DNA of 60,766 nt, filler included, from Globobulimina sp. (Eukaryota), in the NCBI GenBank assembly GCA_003354225.1. It is 18 parts of 18 records of this genome, joined end to end, with 100 filler letters (N's around TTAATTAATTAA, not from the genome) between each part and the next. Parts side by side here need not be neighbours in the genome. Positions count along the whole stretch, not along the records: positions 43,967 to 47,246 come from PIVH01003211.1; positions 47,347 to 50,626 come from PIVH01003212.1; positions 50,727 to 54,006 come from PIVH01003213.1; positions 54,107 to 57,386 come from PIVH01003214.1; 14 more parts are not named here. One strand, given 5' to 3'. Below the pieces are notes generated by a model. That model worked only from the letters and a program-made list of their open reading frames with translations, had not been told where the DNA came from and made no database searches. Each line of letters starts with the position of its first letter. The first letter of the stretch is position 1. Positions 44,016-54,153 of the stretch are shown piece after piece. A program made the position numbers and the translations under genes.

Positions 44016-46613
44016 ATGACAGACAACATAGACATAACGAATGCTTATCATCTTCCGGATTTCGGACAAGAATCGCTTGATGATATTGTTAAAAATAAAC
44101 TAAATGTATTTTTCCGCCAAGTGGACAAATTAAAAGAGGACTATACTGAACACCACATGAATGAGAGTACGTTCATGGATAAATGCCACGAATTGCAGGG
44201 CAAAGTCAATGTGATCGAAAAAGAATGCACCGAATTAATAGATAATTCCGAAAACGTCGCAATAAAAATCGAATCAATAAAGAATACGATATCTTGCACA
44301 GAAATAAAAAGTAAAGAATTGAAAGGAACGCTGGAAATAAAAAAACAAGATTTACAAATAAAACGAACAGAAAACGACAGTTTATTAATAAATTTAGAAA
44401 ATATTACGAATGAATTGGAGATTGAACGCGAAGAATTGACGAAATCGTTAGAAAAACAGATCGATACTTTATTCAACACAAAAAATCAAAACATCAGCAA
44501 ATTGAATGATATCCGCATAATTTCATCGCAGTCATTTGCTTCAGTCAAAGAGATTGAAAATAATAAAAACGAAATCATAAAATGTGTCGCAAGTTTAAAC
44601 GGTGAAATTGAACAAATAAATATGGAAATTGTAAACAAAGAGAAAAATTATAAAAACCTAGAATTGGAAATATTGAATTTCGAAAACGATTTGGAAACCG
44701 TTTCAAATGAATTAAAGCTAAAAAACGAGATATTGGATACAACCAACTCGCAGTTGGGAGAGGCGCAGGGCCATGTTTTGGAAGCTTCCCATTTGGTGAA
44801 AGAACATAATATGAAATTGGATGCATGTTCGCAAAGTTTAGAATGTTTGTCGGATGAACTAAAAATATTGACCGATGATAATATTTCGATGAAAGATTTG
44901 ACGGAACAACAAAGACAAGACATTTATAGATTAAATTTAGAGATTGATGCAAAATTGGACATAAAATGCAATTTGAATAAAAAAATATTGCTTTTAAATG
45001 AGTCGATTACTAATATTGAGAAAGAGACGTATTTGCTGCAACATAAAAAGGAAAATTGGTACAAGAAATGTGCGGAAATAAAGAGAGATGTAAAGGTTTT
45101 GGAAAATAAAATAACTGTTTTTAATAAGGAATGTGATGCATGTTCCAGAGAGCGAGAATTGATTGAATCGTATAATAAGAATAAAGTAGCTTCGATATCA
45201 AATGTAGAAATAATGATTTTTACGGCGGAATCGTCGATAAAAAGTATTGACAACGAAATGAGTTCAAATTTGAATATGATTAAGAAATTTAAAAAAATGA
45301 TTGAAGAAACTTGCTGTGATTTGAAAAAAAACAAATATCAATTGTTTGTCAAGAAAAACAAATTAAAAAAACTAGAATTAAAATACGATGAAATTTGCGG
45401 AACTGAAAAGGCGATAAATTGTAAAATAATTGAAAATGAAAATTTATTGAAACAGCAACAAAATTTGATCGAAGCAGTGCGAATTGATAAAAATGTATAT
45501 AACAAATCGTTGATTGATCAAAAAGAAGAAATGAAAATATTTGACCGCAATTTTATTACATTAAATCATTCAATCAACCAAATTAAAATGGAATTATCGG
45601 AAAAAGATCAAATTTATATTACACAACATTTTAATGTTGATAAAATTGATAAAAATGTGTTAATCATTAATAAAAAAATAGAAAATACAAATAGGAAAAC
45701 AACTGAATCAACTAAATATATTTCCGAAATATTAGTCGGCAAAATAAATAAATTGAATAACTTAATTACGGCAGCTCAAGAAACCAACGATAAACAAAAT
45801 AAACAATGCAACGAAATAATATGTGAAACAAGACAGTTATCCACAAATTTAATAAACAAAAATAATGATTTAACTGAAATAAAACAAGAAATAAAATTAT
45901 TAAATTCATATTTTATAGCTGGTACTAATGAATATAATGATAAATGTAAATTATTAATAAAATCGCATGGTATTTATGATAATTTAGTGGTTAATACAGA
46001 AATAATCGAAAATAATTTATCAGAAATCGAAATTTTAAAATCGCAAATTGAATCGATGGAAAATGACTTATTATGCGAAAACTTAAAAGTTGAATCATTA
46101 CGAAATGAATTGTGTCGACCAGTAAACATTCATAGATGGAGACAATTAAAAGATACAAATCCCGAAATTTTTAAATTAATTCAGAAATCACATAAATTAA
46201 CCAAACAATTATTAATTCAAAATAAATTGATTTATGATAAACAACACTCCATACACAATAAAGAGAGATTATATGTGAATTTACGAAGAATATTATCTCG
46301 ACAGCCCGGTAATGAGGCGAGGGAACAATTAAATATATATTTAAATACTTTAAATGAGAAAAAATCAAAATTAAAATTATTAACCAATCAATTAAATATT
46401 TATAAAAATAAAGTACATTTAATTAAATATCAAATTAATATGTTACATAAAGATAAGAACTCATTAAAATTACAATACTTTCAAATTAAAAAAAAAGAAT
46501 ATTCCCAAAGTGTTACAAGACAGAAACAGGAACAACGACAAGCCGACAATAATGATGATGATGATGATGACGACAAGGAAAACATACCAAACATACCAAT
46601 AACACCTAATTAA
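44016..46613 (+). CDS. CFAP58: Cilia- and flagella-associated coiled-coil protein CFAP58-like
   Basis: Long coiled coil; QQQNLIEAVRIDKNVYNKSL; ELCRPVNIHRWRQL; KERLYVNLRRILSRQPG.EAREQL. Confidence 0.82.
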   Translation: MTDNIDITNAYHLPDFGQESLDDIVKNKLNVFFRQVDKLKEDYTEHHMNESTFMDKCHELQGKVNVIEKECTELIDNSENVAIKIESIKNTISCTEIKSKELKGTLEIKKQDLQIKRTENDSLLINLENITNELEIEREELTKSLEKQIDTLFNTKNQNISKLNDIRIISSQSFASVKEIENNKNEIIKCVASLNGEIEQINMEIVNKEKNYKNLELEILNFENDLETVSNELKLKNEILDTTNSQLGEAQGHVLEASHLVKEHNMKLDACSQSLECLSDELKILTDDNISMKDLTEQQRQDIYRLNLEIDAKLDIKCNLNKKILLLNESITNIEKETYLLQHKKENWYKKCAEIKRDVKVLENKITVFNKECDACSRERELIESYNKNKVASISNVEIMIFTAESSIKSIDNEMSSNLNMIKKFKKMIEETCCDLKKNKYQLFVKKNKLKKLELKYDEICGTEKAINCKIIENENLLKQQQNLIEAVRIDKNVYNKSLIDQKEEMKIFDRNFITLNHSINQIKMELSEKDQIYITQHFNVDKIDKNVLIINKKIENTNRKTTESTKYISEILVGKINKLNNLITAAQETNDKQNKQCNEIICETRQLSTNLINKNNDLTEIKQEIKLLNSYFIAGTNEYNDKCKLLIKSHGIYDNLVVNTEIIENNLSEIEILKSQIESMENDLLCENLKVESLRNELCRPVNIHRWRQLKDTNPEIFKLIQKSHKLTKQLLIQNKLIYDKQHSIHNKERLYVNLRRILSRQPGNEAREQLNIYLNTLNEKKSKLKLLTNQLNIYKNKVHLIKYQINMLHKDKNSLKLQYFQIKKKEYSQSVTRQKQEQRQADNNDDDDDDDKENIPNIPITPN

Positions 46614-46804
46614 TTATAACTTGTTCATTCCACGGTGAATGTATTTTATTTTGTAATGCATGCTTTTCAATACTATGGTATAAAAATGTGCAGCTGTACG
46701 TATCAATTAACATCTCGCGACATCGTATAACAAACCTCTACATTTACACAAGAAATACACTTTTTGATGTCAAAAGACTCAAAACGCGCATCTGCGAATC
46801 GACA

Positions 46805-47246
46805 ATGTCTGCATCTACAGCAAATGGAGACACCTCCAAATCTACCAACGCACCAAATGCTGCACACGAATGGCATGATGTGACAGAAGTGTTACATTCA
46901 ATCACCAGCCACATGGAATTAGGTGAAATGATTCACCCCTTCGATTTCGACCTACATTCAGCAATGTCTGCCCTTGAAATTGGTGATGGTGTGTTAGATG
47001 CGGCGATGAAGGAAAGATTGTTATACATCGAAGACATCACCAACAACAACGACTTAATACACAAACTAATGACATCCCCACAAAACGATGCTATACTAAT
47101 TGGTTTATTTGACGAATTAATAAAATTATTATGGTCCTTCTTCAATGGAAACAGTGACCAATTCTCCATTTATGCCTGTCTTTATCTCTACCCTCAAATA
47201 CAAAATCACCCACAAAACACCTCCAATTGCAACAAAACCTTGTATT
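46805..47246 (+). CDS. NAA35: NatC auxiliary subunit Mak10/NAA35, 5' part
   Basis: WHDVT..MELGEMIH..FDLHSAMSALEIGDGVLDAAM; WSFFNGNS..SIYACLYL. Confidence 0.82.
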
Positions 47247-47391
47247 NNNNNNNNNNNNNNNNNNNNNNNNNNNNNNNNNNNNNNNNNNNNTTAATTAATT
47301 AANNNNNNNNNNNNNNNNNNNNNNNNNNNNNNNNNNNNNNNNNNNNTTACAAGTTTAGATATAATTACAGTGAACCTTTACAAAATTGCAT

Positions 47392-48052
47392 TTATAATTC
47401 TTCTTTTGGTAAAGGTTTGAATTGCACATTGATCGCTTTATCACGCGGATTAGTTACATCATGAGCTGTAAGTCCATTCTTTTCACAATGATCATAATAT
47501 TTTTGTGAAATGCTCATCCAATCTGTATATAAATATATTATGTTTTTATATATTGTTATAATTAGTTGACATACCATCATGCGAAGTGGTTCTGCCATAT
47601 TCATCTAAAAATTCCAATGCACCTTCAACAACAAAGAAAAGTAAGGCTTCCTCTGTTGGATGTCGGGAGAAACAAACAATGTATGCACAGATCCGGGTGT
47701 TTCATAAATTACATCATATTTCCCGGCCATCCATTGGTGTTCGTGTTCATAATAACCAAATAAACCTTCAATGGTCATACCCCACTGCTCCATAATGTCT
47801 ATGAGTTCCTAACGATCCACCTCTTGCTGCTCGTAAAAAAATAACCCATTTTCCAGTAATGGGGTCCGCCGAAATTAATTTTATAAAAACACCACCACTC
47901 AAACAATGCACATCATCGTAAGCTACATATAAAGGAGCTGTTGCTAAAATATTGAATCGATTGTCTGATAAATCTTTTAAGTCCTCTCTTTGGGCATTAT
48001 CGCATTTAGTGACTGCTGTAATAGCAATTAAGAAAAATAAAACGGACAGCAT
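47392..48052 (-). pseudogene. 2,4'-dihydroxyacetophenone dioxygenase-like cupin with signal peptide; two frameshifts (~47780, ~47660) and intron 47523-47574
   Basis: GGSLGTHRHYGAV / GMTIEG.FGYYEH..W..YETPGSVHTL / FFVVEGALEFLDEYG..DDWMSI..YYDHC distributed across frames. Confidence 0.72.
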
Positions 48053-48110
48053 TGTTAATAGTATAGTTTAGTCACTTCAGTGGAGTCGGAAACTTTATTT
48101 TCAACAAACC

Positions 48111-50200
48111 ATGGCATGGCAAACTTTCTTGCTTTTGTTGGTTACAACAATGAACAATATCAACGCACAAATTGTCCATTGTACTGGTGGTGATGCAACA
48201 TGTAGCTGCCCTAATACAGCGCCAACACCCGGAGCAACATGTATATTGGAGTAAGTTTTGATTAATTTCAAAAACAAAATAAATAAATAAAAATACGTAC
48301 ACATATTCATATTTAGCTGTGCCACTGAAGATAGCTGCAAAGAAAAGGTTTTAAATTGCCGAACAGGCGATCCATGTGAGATATTATGCGAAGCAAAAGC
48401 ATCGTGTTCAGAGGGAGTACGAATAAATTCCAACAGAGCTACAGATGTTTCAATTGTATGTTCGTCAGAAGACGCATGTAAAGATGATATGGAAATATTT
48501 TGTGGTACGGGACATTGCCGATTGCAATGTGATAAAAGTACAAGCTGCGAAAATTGGGGATTTGTTGATGTGTCATTGTCAACATCGTTTTTCTGTGTTG
48601 GTGCATGTCCAAATAATTTACCATCAAAAACTGTGTTACCAAGCATAACACCGACAAATCCTACCATAAATCCCACGGAATCACCCACTCTGCAAACTCC
48701 ATCGCCTACTGTAACACCCACACGATCACCAACACCAATAACAATATCACCCACTACAGCACCCACACATAATCCAACAGCATCACCAACAAATAACCCG
48801 ACTCATATTCCAACTCCAGCACCAACAAATAATCCAACACATTCACCAACAAATTATCCAACTAATATTCCAACTGTAACACCTACAAAGAATCCCACAT
48901 TGTCACCAAGTTATAATCCAACAAACGTTCCGACTGTAACACCCACAAAGAATCCGACATTATCACCAAGCTACAGCCCAACGAATAATTCAACTGTAAC
49001 ACTATGTATGTCATCTGAACTCAACAACTTTGTATCCATAAAAAAAATATTTGATTTCAGCTTCAGAAACGGTAAAACCAACAGAATATCCAACATCTCT
49101 AATACCCACACAAACGTTGCTGCCAACATTAAATCCATCGGAATCCTCAACAGAATCTACATCCGCATCAACATCAACAATTGAAGCCAACTTAACAGGT
49201 TTGTTTGTTTTAATTGTTTAGCAAGATTATTAAAGTTAGCTCACAGTTAACGTTTAAAAACAGTAACACTTTCAGAATCAGATGCAAATCCCATACGTGC
49301 ACACCAGTCAGCTACAAATGAAATAGATACTATGTCAGCCATTTTAATTGTATTAGCAGTTGGTTTTGCTATAATCAGTGCTATTTTAGGATGGTTGTTG
49401 TGCTCCAAAGACAAACAAAGAAAACATAAAAAGCTCAAAGTTTTTCAGGGAGGACATGTTAGCAGGGCAGGAGAGGCCAGCCACAAAAATGAGTTTTCAA
49501 CCTGTCCATCAAAGTCGCCATCGACATATACTAAATCGATTAAAAGTGTGTACAGCACTAATGATCCACGATTAAGTTCCGTGCTAGAAACGGGAGGTTC
49601 TAATGAAGGATCCTCTGAGTCATCATCATCGAGTGATGATATGTATAGAAACAAGGCAGAACAATGCGGAGGATTTCCTGTAACTGGACAAGATTCTGTT
49701 TCTACGCCATTTCCACCGGCTCCAATACACTGCATAGCGTCAAATAGTACACGCGGTTACATTCATGCGAAGCCGCAGCAATATTATTATACTGTTCAAC
49801 CATATGTGCATAATATGATACAGCACCATTACATAAAGCGCCATCACTGCAGTCAAGTGTCGGTGTGTCATACAGTTATAATTATATGGCAGGAATGCAA
49901 TCAATTGTTTCTCCGATTAGTCCGATATCACCACCTCCAGATTTACCATCAATATCAAGATATGATGAGAATGGAGATATTTTGCCTGTTATTCCTGGTC
50001 AAACGGAAAGGTGTGTCGATAGTGATGGTGATGACGAGTATTCTCATGCGAGTGTGACTAGTGATGCTGCGAGTAAGTTAAGTTCGAATTCAGTGAAAAA
50101 TGCAAATGGTGGAAACTTGGAAACAGTTTTTTGTATTTATTTGGATGGGAGTATTCCTCCAAATAATGGTATTGATGCAAATAAATTATATGCAGAATGA
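48111..50200 (+). CDS. Type I membrane surface protein: signal peptide, Cys-rich repeats, PTxxPT mucin-like stalk, TM, Ser-rich tail; introns 48251-48316, 49006-49060, 49199-49263 and probably 49756-49823
   Basis: MAWQTFLLLL; C-x-C/C..SC repeats; many PTNNPT units; AILIVLAVGFAIISAILGWLL; each listed GT-AG intron restores frame. Confidence 0.75.
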
Positions 50201-50726
50201 CAAACAGTTTTTATTTCTTTCTTCTTTCTTTCTGTATTCATAAATTTTATTTTGTTTATTTTGTTTTATTTTTTATTCCTTCCTTGTGTTCAACATATTT
50301 TTATATTATATAATTCTTAAACCAGTTTGTTTTAGGTTTGAAATGAGCGTTTATAGCAAACACTAAAATTATTTTAGTATACCTTCAACCCACAACTTCA
50401 GAGTTTTCAAGAAAACCTGCAATCGAGAGTCTGGAATCGGACTTAATTTTGCTGAATGTGGCCCACTATTTACGAATTATGCCTTGCCAACAAACATTAA
50501 ATCATTGAAAAAAATTAAGCGATTAATATTAATATTAAAATAACAACACACAAACAAAGTTACAAACTAAGAAATTATTATATACCGAAACAAAATATTT
50601 TGAAATGAAAGAAAGACTCGTAATAANNNNNNNNNNNNNNNNNNNNNNNNNNNNNNNNNNNNNNNNNNNNTTAATTAATTAANNNNNNNNNNNNNNNNNN
50701 NNNNNNNNNNNNNNNNNNNNNNNNNN

Positions 50727-50983
50727 ATGTGATGGTTAAGGATTTGAATGACTGTCAACATCATTTTGAAGTGTTGTATGGATATATTGTGAGATTGGAA
50801 AATGAGATTGGAAAATTAAAAGAAAATAAGTGTATGAATATGGGTGTTATGGATGATGAGAAGATGAATTCAAATGAAAATGGCGCTATTTCGACAGTGA
50901 ATGAATTGAATCAAAAGATACAAGAATTGACGAAAACCAATGCAATTGCAAAAGCAATTACGTCAGGAACAAGAAAAAAATAA
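50727..50983 (+). CDS. 3' fragment of a coiled-coil protein
   Basis: Open from the contig start; heptad-like composition. Confidence 0.4.
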
Positions 50984-51119
50984 ACAGTGATTATTGCCAT
51001 TGTTTGTGTCATATATTTTATTTTTATACGTTCACTGTGTAATTAATGGATACCAAAAAAAAAAGAACAATAAAGTTTTCGCTGCTAAAACCTAGAGTGG
51101 TTAGTCACACTTTTGTAAA

Positions 51120-51323
51120 ATGGGTTCTTTGTCTTCTGAAACTCTTTGGATTATTGCTGTTATTTCATCATTATTCAATGTGAGTGTAGTTTTTCCAATT
51201 CTTTGGTACTATTTGTATGAATTTAATGAAAGAAAAAAAGATATGATAATAATGAAAAGATATCCAAAATTGGTGATAGCAGTTCATCGGACTTTATATT
51301 TTTTCAATGAAATTGCGAAATAA
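51120..51323 (+). pseudogene. Short TM fragment resembling the first helix of a multi-pass receptor; apparently truncated
   Basis: One TM then RKKDMIIMKRYPKLV; stops after 67 aa with no room for more exons before the convergent gene. Confidence 0.35.
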
Positions 51324-51461
51324 TTAATTAAGTCATTCAAAAACATTCACTCTTAAACACACAATCGCAAAAAACTAAAATTAATATTTATTCGGACAAT
51401 TAATAAAAATAATAAATAGAAACACTTAATATACAAACAACTATAATACCATTAATATCTT

Positions 51462-52340
51462 TTACGCATAACTTGCATCAAACATAGTATCATCATATCT
51501 GGCAATCGCAATATAAATGAACTTATCCATACATTGTGCAATTTGCTGGTGACTTTTAGCACTGACTTGCTGTGCAATCATTGTACATTTCATATCATTA
51601 AAAATGTACAACAGACATAATGTATTAACTTTTGCTGGAATTCTTTTTTTTTCTCCAGTTAACAATACCTCTCTGCTCATATTCAGCATTTGTTGGTATC
51701 TCCGCAAATATCCATCCACCAATATTTTATATCCGTGCAACACTTTTTTATCAATGTCATACCGCTGATTATATTTATTACATTGGCAGAATTTCATAAC
51801 TTGCCATCTATGTATTTTCCGTTTGGAAATACAATCCATTTTATTGCCTAATATTAAGGTCGGAATCTTTACAGAATATTTATGATACCACATTTTCAAT
51901 AATTTAGTGATTATATGTTGTATATTTATGTATGATTCAATATTATTGACATCATAGACTGCAATCAATCCATTGATGCCATGCGTACACATCCATTCTA
52001 TTCGTGTTGACAGTTTGTTTAAATCATTCAAGTCTGATCCTGGGATATCATACAAAGTTAAATTGATAGTATTGCTTTTGAACCAATAGGGATTTGGATT
52101 GATATTTGTTGTGGGTATATACTGATTTGTGAATGAATTGTTAATGTATTGTTGAATAATGGAGGTTTTTCCAGTGTTGCGACCTCCGATTGTCATTATG
52201 CGTAATTGTAAGATTTGATGTGAATCTTGTAAGGTCTCTGGGATGTCATTTAGCCAATCTGTGTCATGATCTACTTCAGGAATTGTATTTATTGCATCGT
52301 TTGACTGTGCATGACGAGTATCACTGAAAGTAGTTCCCAT
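51462..52340 (-). CDS. Divergent Ras-superfamily GTPase with myristoylation motif and an insertion between G4 and G5
   Basis: MGTTFS; GGRNTGKT; YIPT; YDIPG; GNKMD; VSAK. Confidence 0.8.
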   Translation of the reverse strand: MGTTFSDTRHAQSNDAINTIPEVDHDTDWLNDIPETLQDSHQILQLRIMTIGGRNTGKTSIIQQYINNSFTNQYIPTTNINPNPYWFKSNTINLTLYDIPGSDLNDLNKLSTRIEWMCTHGINGLIAVYDVNNIESYINIQHIITKLLKMWYHKYSVKIPTLILGNKMDCISKRKIHRWQVMKFCQCNKYNQRYDIDKKVLHGYKILVDGYLRRYQQMLNMSREVLLTGEKKRIPAKVNTLCLLYIFNDMKCTMIAQQVSAKSHQQIAQCMDKFIYIAIARYDDTMFDASYA

Positions 52341-52453
52341 TACTACAATTGAGAGAAGTTTTAAGTAAGGCAAAAACTTTACACATTGATACTTATTAAT
52401 TATTAATTATTAATTTAATTCACATTATTAATTACATCATTTACATGTTATTT

Positions 52454-54006
52454 TTACTTCATTTCTAACAAAGCGCCTCTAAATTTGTTGCCTAATTTAC
52501 TATGCTTATACCCATAGGTCACATACACAAACAATGCCAATAAACACAATCCCAACACCTGAAGCAATAAAAGTATGCCACCGCTCGCAATCAATGCACA
52601 ATTAATCATTATTAATATTAATTGCATAAACGGCGACAATGGAACAAATGTGATACTTTTCGCACGATCTCTGCCTCCACGAATCCACTCTTTCCATGGA
52701 AGCTTAAAATCTAAATATACCACACAACAACACATAAAAAATAATACTCCGCAACAAATGATCATAACCACAATCCAAACAATATCCAATTCCAACTCTC
52801 CCACAATATAATTATAATTGAATCCAATATATCCAGTAAATAAACACAACAAAAAATAGCACCAAAGCAATTGAAATATCCTCCTATCCGTCCAAAACGA
52901 GGTAAGTTGTATATCACTGACTTTTGGCGATGGACTATTCGCCAAACCTCCAGCGGCTTCGTGTCCGTTACTGCCGTCATGTGACGCCAACGAAGCAGGG
53001 CAGTATCTCATGACCAATGTGCCAACACAAACGAGTGTGTATTCTAATAAAGTGGTCGTACTCGCAAATGCTAAAACCGATCTTAAATCGAAAAATGTTG
53101 CGATAAACATAGCAATGCAGCCAAAGGTTAATATGGCAAAGAAAGGAGTTTGTCTTTCCGGATGAATAAATGCGAAAAATTTGCACAATAATCCATCCAC
53201 ACCGATCCTATACAAATATCTCGGAGCCTTTGTTTGTGCAACAAATGATAGCTATGACTGCCCGTATGTTTGTACATAATGTAATTTATATTTGCGTCGT
53301 ATATATTATTCAGAAACACGTGTTACATGCTTCTGTTTCTGAATATCGCGTATATTATGGACAAACATATCCAGTGTCAGCCTGATATTGTTATAATATG
53401 TACAGTGGACACTTAACTGAGACAATTTTAGCAAACAATAGTATGGACATTGTGGTAAATGCGCCGAAAGCAGATATCCGTTGCAATAGCAATTCGTCGT
53501 GAAACGCAAATGCCTCACTTAGAGCAGCTGTATCATCCAATGACTGGAACGGAACCATGCCAAATAAAGCTAACGTAACAAACTCATACAACAAGAAAAC
53601 AATGGCTAACGTTATGTAGATAGCTTTTGGAATATCTCTGGTTGGATTTATAGTTTCTTCCGCCACCGCAGCAATGTTCTCCGATCCGGCAAATGACCAA
53701 AATGTAATGGTTGACGCCACCACCACGCCTTCGAAACCATAGGGCATGAATGAATTTTGTGCCTCAGCTGGACAGTCATCAAAAGTTTCCACAATCTCAG
53801 CATTGCACGGTTTGCTGAATATAGCGGCGTCGAATAACATTAATCCAGCGATAGAAAATAAAATTAATAGTAAAATATTCCACGTTGCTGCAATATTCAT
53901 AAATCTTGAACTTAATCCAATGTCATACAATACAATACACATAAATATGCATATTAAGAACGGAGCGATCACGTTAATCGACACAACCTCGCCATATAAA
54001 TCTGTG
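52454..54006 (-). CDS. Cationic amino-acid transporter (APC/SLC7-like), 5'-truncated, intron 53228-53417
   Basis: FMPYGFEGVV; FWSFAGSENIAAVAEETINPTRDIPKAI; spliced IVS-APRYLYRIGVDGLL; IHPERQTP; FVPLSPF; YVTYGYKHS. Confidence 0.9.
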
Positions 54007-54153
54007 NNNNNNNNNNNNNNNNNNNNNNNNNNNNNNNNNNNNNNNNNNNNTTAATTAATTAANNNNNNNNNNNNNNNNNNNNNNNNNNNNNNNNNNNNNN
54101 NNNNNNACCAACTGTCCTTTCTTCTCATTCTTATTCAATTTCCACGCCATGGC

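Noticed and set aside
48101-48766. 221-aa minus-strand ORF rich in VG repeats
   Set aside because: Antisense shadow of the PTxxPT repeat gene on the + strand
49810-49865. Apparent frameshift in the tail of the mucin-like membrane protein
   Set aside because: A 68-nt GT-AG intron (49756-49823) restores the frame
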